Assembly (NCBI RefSeq): GCF_035084215.1
Contig: NC_090363.1
Span: 3,224,001-3,288,000, forward strand
DNA length: 64,000 bases
Source of the DNA: Heptranchias perlo
Taxonomy: Eukaryota
Reading direction: 5' to 3'
Position 1 is the first letter of the stretch. Every line of letters starts with the position of its first letter. Positions 1 through 12,700 of the stretch are shown piece after piece. The translations under genes were made by a program, and so were the position numbers. The notes beneath the pieces are model-generated. The model did no database searches, was not told the origin of the DNA, and worked only from the letters and a program-made list of their open reading frames with translations.

Positions 1-1562
1 CTGTCTCCCCACAGCTCGTTCCCTCAACTGTGGACCGACACTCGCAGTCTGTGGGTGCTGTACTGATGTGTCTTCAGCCTTTGTCCCACCGCCCACACAC
101 TGGTGATATTTCTCCCATTGTTTCTGCACAGGAATCGAGCAGCTCACAGAACCCTGAGTTGTGATGGAAAGTGGTCACATTTAACCATGGGTTAAAAAAC
201 ATGAGAACCTCCATGGCTCCAAACCAGTGGTGACGCTTGGCACTGTACAGGCCACGTTACATCACCATCCAGCGCACGGTTTTGTGACCCATTATTTCTG
301 TTCTTGGGATGTGGGCGTTGCTGACACGGCCGGCATTTATTGACCATCCCTAGTTGCCCTGAGAAGGTGGTGTTGGGCCGCCTTCTTGAACCGCTGCGGT
401 TATTGTGTTGATGGCGTTGGGTGGGGAGTTCCAGGATTTTGACCGAGCGATGTACGGTGTGATTTGGGACTTCAACCTGTGCTAATGTCCCAACTCGGCT
501 CGAGCCAAATTTTTAAAAATTTGTTCACGTGATGTGGGCGTCCCTGGCGAGGCCGGCATTTATTGCCCATCCCTAATTTCCCTTGAGAAGGTGGTGGTGA
601 GCCGCCTTCTTGAACCGCTGCAGTCCGTGTGGTGAAGGTTCTCCCACAGTGCTGTTAGGAAGGGAGTTCCAGGATTTTGACCCAGCGACGATGAAGGAAC
701 GGCGATATATTTCCAAGTCGGGATGGTGTGTGACTTGGAGGGGAACATGCAGGTGGTGTTGTTCCCATGTGCCTGCTGCTCTTGTCCTTCTAGGTGGTAG
801 AGGTCGCGGGTTTGGGAGGTGCTGTCAAAGAAGCCTTAGCGAGTTGCTGCAATGCATCCTGTGGATGGTACACACTGCAGCCACTGTGTGCCGGTGGTGA
901 AGGGAGTGAATGTTTAGGGTGGTGGATGGGGTGCCAATCAAGCGGGCTGCTTTATCTTGGATGGTGTCGAGCTTCTTGAGTGTTGTTGGAGCTGCACTCA
1001 TCCAGGCAAGTGGAGAGTATTCCATCACACTCCTGACTTGTGCCTTGCAGATGGTGGAAAGGCTTCGGGGAGTCAGGAGGTGAGTCACTCGCCGCAGAAT
1101 ACCCAGCCTCTGACCTGCTCTAGTAGCCACAGTATTTATATGGCTGGTCCAGTTAAGTTTCTGGTCAATGGTAACCCCCAGGATGTTGATGGTGGGGGAT
1201 TCGGCGATGGTAATGCTGTTGAATGTCAAGGAGAGGTGGTTAGACTCTCTCTTGTTGGAGATGGTCATTGCCTGGCACTTGTCTGGCACGAATGTTACTT
1301 GCCAGTTATGAACCCAAGCCTGGATGTTGTCCAGGTCTTGCTGCGTGCGGGCTTGTACTGCTTCATTATTTGAGGGGTTGTGAATGGAACTGAACACTGT
1401 GCAATCATCAGCGAACATCCCCAATTCTGACCTTATGATGGCGGGAAGGTCATTGATTAAGCAGCTGAAGATGGTTGGGCCAAGACACTGCCCTGAGGAA
1501 TTCCTGAAGTAATGTCCTGGGGCTGTGATGATTGGCCTCCAACAACCACTACCATCTTACTT

Positions 1563-1778
1563 TGTAAGGAATCTTACAACACCAGGTTATAGTCCAACTG
1601 TTTTATTTGAAAATAACAAGCTTTCGGAGGCTTTCTCCTTCGTCAGGTGAGCTCACCTGATGAAGGAGAAAGCCTCCGAAAGCTTGTGATTTTCAAATAA
1701 AACAGTTGGACTATAACCTGGTGTTGTAAGATTCCTTACATTTGTCAACCCCAGTCCATCACCGGCATCTCCACATCA
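1563..1778. mobile_element. Penelope-like element terminal fragment: 178-bp palindrome plus tail
   Basis: Arms 1563-1650 and 1653-1740 are near-perfect reverse complements; direct repeat catcttactttgt at 1553-1565 and 1777-1789; same family as the GIY-YIG-bearing copy at 54.9-55.7 kb. Confidence 0.85.
1653..1689 (+). ncRNA. Minimal type I hammerhead ribozyme motif
   Basis: tcac-CTGATGA-a-ggag(aaagc)ctcc-GAAA-gc-TT-gtga: conserved core, stems I and II, palindromic AGCT stem III. Confidence 0.7.
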
Positions 1779-3240
1779 TCTTACTTTGTGCTAGGTATGA
1801 CTCCAGCCACTGGAGAGTTTTCTCCCTGATTCCCATTGACTTCAATTTTGCTAGGGCTCCTTGGTGCCACACTCTGTCAAATGCCGCCTTGATGTCAAGG
1901 GCAGTCACTCTCACCTCACCTTTGGAATTCAGCTCTTTTGTCCATGTTTGGACCAAGGCTGTAATGAGGTCTGGAGCCGAGTGGTCCTGGTGGAACCCAA
2001 ACTGAGCATCGGTGAGCAGGTTATTGGTGAGTAAGTGCCGCTTGATAGCACTGTCGACGACACCTTCCATCACTTTGCTGATGATTGAGAGTAGACTGAT
2101 GGGGCGGTAGTTGGCCGGATTGGATTTGTCCTGCTTTTTGTGGACAGGACATACCTGGGCAATTTTCCACATTGTCGGGTAGATGCCAGTGTTGTAACTG
2201 TACTGGAACAGCTTGGCTAGAGGCGCAGCTAGTTCTGGAGCACAGTTCTTCAGCACTACAGCCGGGATGTTGTCGGGGCCCATAGCCTTTGCTGTATCCA
2301 GTGCATTCAGCCGTTTCTTGATATCACGTGGAGTGAATCGAATTGGCTGAAGACTGGCTTCTGTGATGGTGGGGAGATCGGGAGGAGGCCAAGATGGATC
2401 ATCCACTCGGCACTTCTGGCTGAAGATGGTTACAAACGCTTCAGCCTTGTCTTTTGCACTCACGTGCTGGACTCTGCCATCATTGAGGATGGGGATGTTT
2501 ACAGAGCCTCCTCCTCCCGTTGATTGTTTAATTGTCCACCACCATTCACGACTGGATGTGGCAGGACTGCAGAACATTGATCTGATCCGATGGTTGTGGA
2601 ATCGCTTGGCAGGATATTTTTTCCCGAGTTCATTTCTTGCTGTCAGTGGATGAGATGTACATCGCCTTTGACAATGGCGGGGGCTCTTCTGCCTCACCTC
2701 AGTGTGGATCGCGATTTTTCATTCCCCTCCCTCCGTCCCACTCTGCTCAGCAACTCCCCGTTATTTCACAGCTCAGGTCTAAGTGGGGGAACTCATTGTG
2801 AGGTTGGGGAAGCTTTCCGGACAGGAAACCACAGCCCATGGTGCAGTGGGTTCTGCCACACTGACCTGGTCATTGGCCTTGACTTGAAAATGGCCAAGTG
2901 GTGCTGACAGGTGCAACCTTCCCTCCCCCATCGAAAGGCCAGTTGGGAGCTGTACTGAAGGGAACCAGTAATCTTTAGGGTAACCATGCGGGGCCTCGAT
3001 CGTGGGAATGGAGCTTTAAGCAGAGGTTTTTAGTGTTTGGCTGTGGAATATTGAGGACTTCTTCAACACAGACTGCAGAAGCTGTCCCTCAACACCCAGC
3101 GATCTGACTGTATTTGGGTGGGAATTTGATCTTGCCGAGTTTGGGAGTCCAAATTGCCCTGAAAACCAGTGAAACTTGTGCCCTATTCTCCTGAATATTC
3201 TTATAGAAACCGAGTGTGTGTTTTCTGCTCTGTTTTTCAG

Positions 3241-3336
3241 GCGGCCTGGTCTGTCGAGGTATTCTCTCCACGATGCCAGACCACAACGTGGACACCTTGA
3301 TATCTCTGTCCTCTCCTCAGCTCGGCCAGTATGGCG
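3241..3336 (+). CDS. PPT2: PPT2 internal coding exon ([32 protein letters not shown])
   Basis: Acceptor ttttcag|, donor |gtaagt, phase 1-1. Peptide matches the segment right after the catalytic-Ser motif of vertebrate PPT2 ([32 protein letters not shown]). Confidence 0.95.
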
Positions 3337-3637
3337 GTAAGTTCGAGACGTCATCTCGCTCACTGTGCCACGAGGAGGTGAAAATCAGGAGAGTAGAAAC
3401 GAATGGTGGCACTGGATGAGGGAGCAGGTTGGACATCTCTTGGGAGCTACGTTCAAATTAAGCCCAGACGCTCTCTGCTTGTTGTACGAGTGCTCTGCAA
3501 ATAGGATTTGGACAGTCTCAATCGAGTTCCTAGTGGACATGGGCCTAAAGCACAAACTAAACCTAGTGCAGCAATAATTGGCAATGTCATTCAAACAGGA
3601 CACGTGCCACAAACTCTCACTCTATGCCTCTAGATCA

Positions 3638-6325
3638 GTGACTGACCCTCGCTGTCTGTGGGGCCTGTAGAGCGGTGACTGATCCTCACTGTCTGTGGGG
3701 CCTGTAGAGCGGTGACTGATCCTCACTGTCTGTGGGGCCTGTAGAGCGGTGACTGATCATCACTGTCTGTGGGGCCTGTAGAGCGGTGACTGATCCTCAC
3801 TGTCTGTGGGGCCTGTCGAGCGGTGACTGAACCTCACTGTCTGTGGGTCCTGTCGAGCGGTGACTGACCCTCGCTGTCTGTGGGTCCTGTCGAGCGGTGA
3901 CTGACCCTCGCTGTCTGTGGGTCCTGTCGAGCGGTGACTGACCCTCGCTGTCTGTGGGTCCTGTAGAGCGGTGACTGACCCTCGCTGTCTGTGGGTCCTG
4001 TAGAGCGGTGACTGACCCTCGCTGTCTGTGGGTCCTGTAGAGCGGTGACTGACCCTCGCTGTCTGTGGGTCCTGTAGAGCGGTGACTGACCCTCGCTGTC
4101 TGTGGGTCCTGTAGAGCGGTGACTGACCCTCGCTGTCTGTGGGTCCTGTAGAGCGGTGACTGACCCTCGCTGTCTGTGGGTCCTGTAGAGCGGTGACTGA
4201 CCCTCGCTGTCTGTGGGTCCTGTAGAGCGGTGACTGACCCTCGCTGTCTGTGGGGCCTGTAGAGCGGTGACTGACCCTCGCTGTCTGTGGGGCCTGTAGA
4301 GCGGTGACTGACCCTCGCTGTCTGTGGGGCCTGTAGAGCGGTGACTGACCCTCGCTGTCTGTGGGGCCTGTAGAGCGGTGACTGACCCTCGCTGTCTGTG
4401 GGGCCTGTAGAGCGGTGACTGACCCTCGCTGTCTGTGGGGCCTGTAGAGCGGTGACTGACCCTCGCTGTCTGTGGGGCCTGTAGAGCGGTGACTGACCCT
4501 CGCTGTCTGTGGGGCCTGTAGAGCGGTGACTGACCCTCGCTGTCTGTGGAACCTGTAGAGCGGTGACTGACCCTCGCTGTCTGTGGGGCCTGTAGAGCGG
4601 TGACTGACTCGAGCTGTCTGTGGAACCTGTAGAGCGGTGACTGACCCTCGCTGTCTGTGGGGCCTGTAGAGCGGTGACTGACCCTCGCTGTCTGTGGGTC
4701 CTGTAGAGCGGTGACTGACCCTCGCTGTCTGTGGGTCCTGTAGAGCGGTGACTGACCCTCGCTGTCTGTGGGGCCTGTAGAGCGGTGACTGACCCTCGCT
4801 GTCTGTGGGTCCTGTAGAGCGGTGACTGACCCTCGCTGTCTGTGGGTCCTGTAGAGCGGTGACTGACCCTCGCTGTCTGTGGGTCCTGTAGAGCGGTGAC
4901 TGACCCTCGCTGTCTGTGGGGCCTGTAGAGCGGTGACTGACCCTCGCTGTCTGTGGGGCCTGTAGAGCGGTGACTGACCCGAGCTGTCTGTGGGGCCTGT
5001 AGAGCGGTGACTGACTCGAGCTGTGTGTGGGGCCTGTAGAGCGGTGACTGACCCTCGCTGTCTGTGGGGCCTGTAGAGCGGTGACTGACTCGAGCTGTCT
5101 GTGGGGCCTGTAGAGCGGTGACTGACCCTCGCTGTCTGTGGGGCCTGTAGAGCGGTGACTGACCCGAGCTGTCTGTGGGGCCTGTAGAGCGGTGACTGAC
5201 TCGAGCTGTGTGTGGGGCCTGTCGAGCGGTGACTGACCCTCGCTGTCTGTGGGGCCTGTAGAGCGGTGACTGACCCTCGCTGTCTGTGGGGCCTGTAGAG
5301 TGGTGACTGACTCGAGCTGTGTGTGGGGCCTGTAGAGCGGTGACTGACCCTCGCTGTCTGTGGGGCCTGTAGAGCGGTGACTGACCCTCGCTGTCTGTGG
5401 GGCGTGTAGAGCGGTGACTGACCCTCGCTGTCTGTGGGGCCTGTAGAGCGGTGACTGACCCTCGCTGTCTGTGGGGCCTGTAGAGCGGTGACTGACCCTC
5501 GCTGTCTGTGGGGCCTGTAGAGTGGTGACTGACCCTCGCTGTCTGTGGGGCCTGTAGAGCGGTGACTGACCCTCGCTGTCTGTGGGTCCTGTAGAGCGGT
5601 GACTGACCCTCGCTGTCTGTGGGTCCTGTAGAGCGGTGACTGACCCTCGCTGTCTGTGGGGCCTGTAGAGCGGTGACTGACCCTCACTGTCTGTGGGGCC
5701 TGTAGAGCGGTGACTGACCCGAGCTGTGTGTGGGTCCTGTAGAGCGGTGACTGACCCTCGCTGTCTGTGGGGCCTGTAGAGCGGTGACTGACCCTCGCTG
5801 TCTGTGGGGCCTGTAGAGCGGTGACTGACCCTCGCTGTCTGTGGGGCCTGTAGAGCGGTGACTGACCCTCGCTGTCTGTGGGGCCTGTAGAGCGGTGACT
5901 GACTCGAGCTGTGTGTGGGGCCTGTGGAGCGGTGACTGACTCGAGCTGTGTGTGGGGCCTGTAGAGCGGTGACTGACCCTCGCTGTCTGTGGGGCCTGTA
6001 GAGCGGTGACTGACCCGAGCTGTGTGTGGGGCCTGTAGAGCGGTGACTGACCCTCGCTGTCTGTGGGGCCTGTAGAGCGGTGACTGACCCGAGCTGTCTG
6101 TGGGGCCTGTAGAGCGGTGACTGACCCTCGCTGTCTGTGGGGCCTGTAGAGCGGTGACTGACCCTCGCTGTCTGTGGGGCCTGTAGAGCGGTGACTGACC
6201 CTCGCTGTCTGTGGGGCCTGTAGAGCGGTGACTGACTCGAGCTGTCTGTGGGGCCTGTAGAGCGGTGACTGACCCTCGCTGTCTGTGGGGCCTGTAGAGC
6301 AGTGACTGACCCTCGCTGTGTGTGG
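3638..6325. repeat. 37-bp minisatellite, about 72 copies (gtgactgaccctcgctgtctgtggggcctgtagagcg)
   Basis: Direct tandem periodicity; the 37-aa periodic ORF equals three units. Confidence 0.97.
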
Positions 6326-6354
6326 ACTGCTACAAAGTCTAGGGTTATGGTACT

Positions 6355-6858
6355 TAAAGAAAGTACTTACGTTTATATAAAGCTCCTTTCGTGACCTTGG
6401 GACGTTACAAAGAGGTTCACAGTCAATGAGGTATTTTTGAAGTGTAGTCGTTGTTGTGATCTATGGAATTGCAGCAGCCAATTTAGTTTAGTGATGTTTG
6501 AAGTATAAATGTTGGCCAGGACACCAGGAGAACTCTCCTGCTCCTCAAAAAATAGTGCTATTATGTTCACCTGAGCGGGCAGACAGGACCTCTCTTTAAT
6601 GCCTCATCCAAAAGACGGCACCTCTGACAGTGCAGCACTGGAGTATCAGCCTACATTAGGTTGGAGTGTGTGTGGGTCCTGTAGAGCGGTGACTGACCCT
6701 CGCTGTCTGTGGGGCCTGTAGAGCGGTGACTGACCCTCGCTGTCTGTGGGGCCTGTAGAGCGGTGACTACATTAGGTTGCTTAAGTCCTGGAGTGGGGCT
6801 TGAACCCATGACCTGACCCCGAGGTGAGAATGGTACCACTGAGCCAAGGCTGACACCC
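6355..6858 (-). mobile_element. tRNA-headed SINE (DeuSINE/SacSINE1-like) carrying a minisatellite insertion
   Basis: tRNA-like head at 6790-6858 (cttgaaccc), central tcatcc..aagacggcacct..gacagtgcagcact; near-colinear copy at 58430-58880. Confidence 0.7.
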
Positions 6859-6869
6859 GAGGACAAATT

Positions 6870-8050
6870 GCTCTGTGAAGAGGTAGGAAGGGTATCGGAG
6901 AACAGGATAGTTAGTGTAATGGGAGACTTCAGCCAACCTGATATCAACTGGGAAAACCCAAGTTTTCCGAAATCAGTGATCGCAAAACAAATGCGTGACT
7001 GCTTCATGATCCAGTGTGCTAAGGGAGCATCGAGAGGCAATACGTATCTTGACCCTGGTATGTGTAAATGACCCAGTTCATGTACAGGAAACGGGAGTCA
7101 AAGTATCCCTGGGGGGCAGAGGGCACAAAATGATCAAGTTTAACGTGATCTGGGAGTCAGAAATACACCACACCAGGCGCCAGGCACAAAAGTGCTAAAT
7201 TCAACGAAAGGCCATTCGGCCCAACAGGTCTATGCTGGTGTTTATGCTCCACACGAGCCTCCTCCCATCCCTCTTCATCTCACCCTATCAGCAGATCCTT
7301 CTATTTCTTTCTCCCTCATGTATTTATCCAGCCTCCCCTTAAATGCATCTATGCTATTCGCCTCAACTACTCCTTGTGATAGTGAGTTCCACATTCTCAC
7401 CACTCTCCGGGTGAAGAAGTTTCTCCTGAATTCTCTATTGGATTTATTAGTGACTATCCTATATTTATGGCCCCTAGTTCTGGTCTCCCCCACAAGTGGA
7501 AACATCTTCTCTATGTCTACCCTATCAAATCCTTTCATAATCTTAAAGACCTCTATCAGGTCACCTCTCAGTCTTCTCTTTTCCAAAGAAAAGAGCCCCA
7601 GTCTGTTCAATCTTTCCTGATATCCTCTCAGTTCTGGGGGAAGTTATTTGACAAAACCTCAGTAGAGAATACCTTTAAAGGTATAATTCTGAGCATGCAG
7701 GATAAATACGAACCAAAAATCAGCAAGCTCAGACTAAACAAATGTGACCCTCAATGGATCAATTCAAAGTGATGGAAAGAAAACAAAAATTATCTCGACA
7801 AATTCTGTTCTGGGGAATGGGGAAGAGGTTCACTGGCATGAATGTAGGAAACTGGAGAAACAGAGAGACCAATGAGAGAACTAGTGAAAGGTATAGCAGC
7901 AGAGGCTAAATAGAGCAGTCAATAAATCTTTCAGTACGACAACAGTGAGGGAGGTGTGAAAGAAGAGGTGAAAACCCACGAAAGATGCAAACAGAATCGA
8001 AACTGAGGACGAACACAAGACAGTTATCATTCTGAGTGATTACTTCCTCC
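6870..8050 (+). mobile_element. Old degenerate CR1 endonuclease region, interrupted by a minus-strand CR1 3' end (about 7205-7620)
   Basis: VMGDFSQPDINW motif; inner ORF 7275-7610 LGLFSLEKRRLRGDLIEVFKI...RRNFFT.RVV..WNSL. Confidence 0.7.
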
Positions 8051-8509
8051 AGTTTGGTTAAATAGGATTAATCCTTTGCCCTTGTATAACTAAACACAGG
8101 AGAGTTAGTTTACGACCCTTGCCTCTTCGTGTCCCTGTGACACCTGTTATTGGTGTCCCCTTTCGAGTGCCAGACTGTTGATTACACCATTCTTGTTCAT
8201 GTGACCAGTGACTTCAGACACCAGAAATAAATGTGCTCGCAGAGAAGTTTCAATCAACAGAATTTATTCACAGTACTGCACAGATCGAGAATGAATCACC
8301 GTTGCCTGATCCGGGGGAACTGATCTATTGTTGCAGATCCCTCCTCCCGCCTGGATCCGTTCTAAAACACAGCGACCAACTCAGCTATTTTATAGCTCAC
8401 TCTTACTAATTTATTACTGATTATCATTATTCGAGGATACCTGTACAGCCATTCCTGCGTTTCTCTTTTATCTCAAGTCAGTTAAGAACATCTGTTCCCA
8501 TGCAGTTCC

Positions 8510-9207
8510 TTGTTACATAGAATGTGCAGCACAGAAACAGGCCATTTGGCCCAACTGGTCCAGTCTAGTGTTTATGCTCCACACGAGCCACCTCCCACCC
8601 CTCATCATCTCACCCTATCAGCATATCTTTCTATTCCTTTCTCCCTCATGTGTTTATCCAGCTTCCCCTTAAATGCATCTGCACTATTCACCTCAACTGC
8701 TCCTTGTGGGAGTGAGTTCCACATTCTCACCACTCTCTGGGTAAAGAAGTTTCTCCTGACTTCCCTATTGGATTTATTAGTGACTATCTTATATTTATGG
8801 CCCTTGGTCGCCCCCACAAGTGGAAACATCTTCTCTACGTCTACCCTATCGAACCCTTTCATAATTTTAAAGACCTCTATCAGGTCACCCCTCAGCCTTC
8901 TCTTTTCTGGGAAAAGAGCCCCAACCTGTTCAATCTTTCCGATAACCTCTCAGTTCTGGTATCATCCCAGTAAATCTTTTTTTCACCTTCTCTGGTGCCT
9001 CTATATAATTTTTATACTATGGAGACCAGGACTCTTCACAGTTCTCCAAGTGTGGCCTAACCAACATTCCAAACAAGTTTAACATAACTTCCCTGATTTT
9101 CTATTCTATCCCTCTAGACATGAACCCCAGTGCTTTATTTGCTTTCTTCATGGCCTTCATAACCTGCGTTACTACTTTTAATGATTTGTGTATCTGTACC
9201 CCCAGAT
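8510..9207 (-). mobile_element. CR1 LINE 3' portion (continues at 9661-9715 and about 14540-14950)
   Basis: CR1 ORF2 C-terminal peptide in ORF 8605-8862; sequence resumes after two nested insertions. Confidence 0.85.
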
Positions 9208-9660
9208 TTTGTAAAATTTCAAAATATACTTTATTTCATAAAATTTAAAGATACCACAATTCCAAGGTGATATAATTCAAAAACACAACACTGATCACAA
9301 TATGATTCCAATATTACAATTTAAAACCACAGTAATACCTTATAATACATGCTGTACAATACAAAGTGCGATGGCCTTTCCCCATAGAGCCCTTGGGTAC
9401 GCTGCACATCGCTTCAGTGCGTCCCACTGCACGTACTCCCGGACCTTGGAGTGTGCCAGTCGGGAACACTCGGTCGTGGACAGCTGGAAGACCAGCAGGT
9501 TTCAGGCGGACCAAAGGGCCTCCTTCACCGAGTTGATGGTCTTCCAGCTGCAGTTGATATCTGTCTCGGTGTGCGTCCCGGGGAACAGCCCGTAGAGCAC
9601 AGCGTCCTGTGTTACCGAACTGTTGGGGATGAACCGGGACAGATACCAACTCATCACGGC
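9208..9660 (-). mobile_element. 5'-truncated L1/Tx1-type LINE 3' end with 15-bp TSD
   Basis: TSD tctgtacccccagat at 9193-9207 and 9661-9675; minus frame reads SSVTQDAVLYGLFPGTHTETDINCSWKTINSVKEALWSA; AATAAA near the 3' end. Confidence 0.7.
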
Positions 9661-9715
9661 TCTGTACCCCCAGATCCCTTTGCTCCTCTACCTCATTTAG
9701 ACTCTTATTTTCCAA

Positions 9716-12700
9716 GGAGAGTCCGAGAGGTGAGCGCAGTGTAAAAGGAGAGTCTGAGAGCGAGAGGAGAGTCCGAGAGGTGAGCACAGTGTAAATCTAA
9801 GGCAAGTCATGGCAGCACAGCTCGCACCCGTGATATGCTCCTCCTGCACTATGTGGGAAGTCATGGTGTCCCTGGCGACCATGTGTGCAGGAAGTGTGTC
9901 CAGCTGCAGCTACTGGCTAACCGCATTTCGGAGCTGGAGCTGCGGGTGGATTCACTGTGTAGCATCCGTGATGCTGAGATTATCGTGGATAGCACGTTCA
10001 GTGAGATGGTCGCACTGCAGGTAAAGATTACACAGGCAGAAAGGAAATGGGCGACCGCCAGGCAGAGTAAGAGGACTAGGCAGGTAGAGCAGGAGTCCCT
10101 GGGGCCATCTCCCTCTTAAACAGATATAGCGCTTTGAATACTGTTGGGGGAGATGGCTTATCAGGGGAAAGCAGCAAGAGCCAAGATCGTGGCACCACGG
10201 GTGGCTCTGCTGCACAGGAGGGGAGGAATAAGAGTGGCAGGGCTATATTGAGAGGGTATTGAATTGTAAGGGGAACAGATAGGCGTTTCTGCGGCCGCAA
10301 ACGTGACTCCAAGATGGTATGTTGCCTCCCTGGTGCGAGGGTCAAGGATGTCACGGAGCGGCTGCAGGGCATTCTGGAGGGGGAGGGTGAACAGCCAGTA
10401 GTCGTGGTCCATATTGGTACCAATGACATAGGTTTAAAAAAAGGGATGAGGTCCTGCAAGGTGAATTTAAGGAGTTAGGAGATAAATTAAAAAGCAGGAC
10501 CTGAAAGGTAGTGATCTCAGGATTACTACCAGTGCCACGTGCTAGTGAGTATAGGAACAGGAGAATAGACCAGATGAATGTGTGGCTGCAGGGATGGTGT
10601 AGGAGGGAGGGATTTAGATTCCCAGGACATTGGGACCGGTTCTGGGGAAGGTGGGACCTGTACAAGCGGGACGGGTTACACCCGAGCAGGACCGGGACCG
10701 ATGGCCTCACGGGGGTGTTTGCTCGTGCTGTTGGGGAAGGTTTAAACTAGAATGGCAGGGGGATGGGAACATGAGAACATAAGAAATAGGAGCAGGAGTA
10801 GGCCAATCGGCCCCTCGAGCCTGCTCCGTCATTCAATAAGATCATGGCTGATCTGATTCTAACCTCAAATCTAAATTCATGTCCAATTTCCTGCCCGCTC
10901 CCCGTAACCCCTAATTCCCTTTACTTCTCGGAAACTGTCGATTTCTGTTTTAAATTTATCTAATGATGTAGCTTCCACAGCTTCCTGGGGCAGCAAATTC
11001 CACAGACCTACTTCCCTCTGAGTGAAGAAGTTTCTCCTCATCTCAGTTTTGAAAGAGCAGCCCCTTATTCTAAGATTATGCCCCCTCGTTCTAGTTTCAC
11101 CCATCCTTGGGAACATCCTTACCGCATCCACCCGATCAAGCCCCTTCACAATCTTCTATGTTTCAATAAGATCGCCTCTCATTCTTCTGAACTCCAATGA
11201 GTAGAGTCCCAATCTACTCAACCTCTCCTCATATGTCCGCCCCCTCATCCCCGGGATTAACCGAGTGAACCTTCTTTGTACTGCCTCGAGAGCAAGTATG
11301 TCTTTTCTTAAGTATGGACACCAAAACTGTATGCAGTATTCCAGGTGCGGTCTCACCAATACCTTGTATAACTGCAGCAATACCTCCCTGTTTTTATATT
11401 CTATCCCCCTAGCAATAAAAGCCAACATTCCGTTGGCCTTCTTGATCACCTGCTGCACCTGCATACTAACCTTTTGATTTTCTTGCACTAGGACCCCCAG
11501 GGAGACAGAGGAGGGGGAAACAAGGATAGAAACAAAAGACAGAAAGGGAGGAAGCAATCGTGGAAAGCAGAGAAAACAAGGGCAAAAAACAAATAGGGTC
11601 ATAGTGCAGAATAAAACTAAGATGACCAGCAATCTTAAAAAGACAAGCCTAAAGGCATTGTGTCTTAATGCGCGGAGCATTCGCAATAAGCTAGATGAAT
11701 TAACAGTGCAGATAGATATTAACGGTTATGATATAGTTGCGATTATGGAGACCTGGCTGCAGGGTGACCAAGGATGGGAACTGAACATCCAGGGGTATTC
11801 AATATTTAGGAAGGACAGGCAAAAAGGGAAAGGAGGTGGGGTAGCGTTGTTGGTAAAGGAGGAAATCAATGCAATAGTGAGAAAGGATATTGGCTCGGAA
11901 AATCACGATGTGGAATCTGTATGGGTGGAGCTAAGAAACACCAAGGGGCAGAAAATGTTGGTCGGGGTTGTCTATTGGTCCCCAAACCGTAGTGGAGATG
12001 TAGGGGAGGGCATTAAACAGGAAATTAGAGACACGTGCAAGAAGGGTACAACTATAATCGTGGGTGACTTTAATAGGCATATAGATTGGTCAAACCAAAT
12101 TAGCAATAATACTGTGGGGGAGGAATTCCTGGAGTGTGTACGTGATGGTTTTCTAGACCAATACGTTGAGGAACCAACTAGAGAACAGGTGATCCTAGAC
12201 TGGGTATTGTGCAATGAGAAAGGATTAATTAACAATCTTGTTGTGCGGAGTCCCTTAGGGAAGAGTGACCACAACATGATAGAATTCCTCATTAAGATGG
12301 AGAGTGAAATAGTTGAATCTGAAACTAGGGTCCTGAATGTAAATAAAGGAAATTACGAAAGTATGAGGTGCGAGTTGGCTATGATAGATTGGGGAACTTT
12401 ACTAAAAGGGATGACGATGGATAGGCAATGGCTAATATTTAAAGAACGTGTGCAGGAATTACAACAATTATTCATTCCTGTCTGGTGCAAAAATAAAACA
12501 GGAAAGATGGCTCAACCGTGGCTTACAAAAGAAATTAGGGATAGTATTAGATCCAAAGAGGAAACATATAAAATTGCCAGAAAAAGTGGCAAGCCTGAGG
12601 ATTGGGAGCAGTTCAGAATTCAGCAAAGGAGGACAAAGAGATTGATTGAGAGGGGAAAAATAGAGTATGAGAGTAAACTAGCAGGGAACATAAAAACTGA

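Larger units (their letters stand above)
520..2605 (-). mobile_element. 5'-truncated non-LTR retrotransposon (RT and 3' tail; clade not resolved), split by a Penelope-type insertion
   Basis: ORFs 1759-2697 (KAMGPDNIP, NYRPISLL, QFGF, ALDIKAAFDRVWH) and 825-1424 (MFADD) form one RT. Confidence 0.9.

Noticed and set aside
3834-5687. 617-aa ORF
   Set aside because: Translation of the 37-bp minisatellite; intronic, antisense, no real gene structure.
8090-8510. Possible solo LTR
   Set aside because: TATA and poly-A-like signals occur on the minus strand, but no convincing TG..CA ends with a TSD could be placed.
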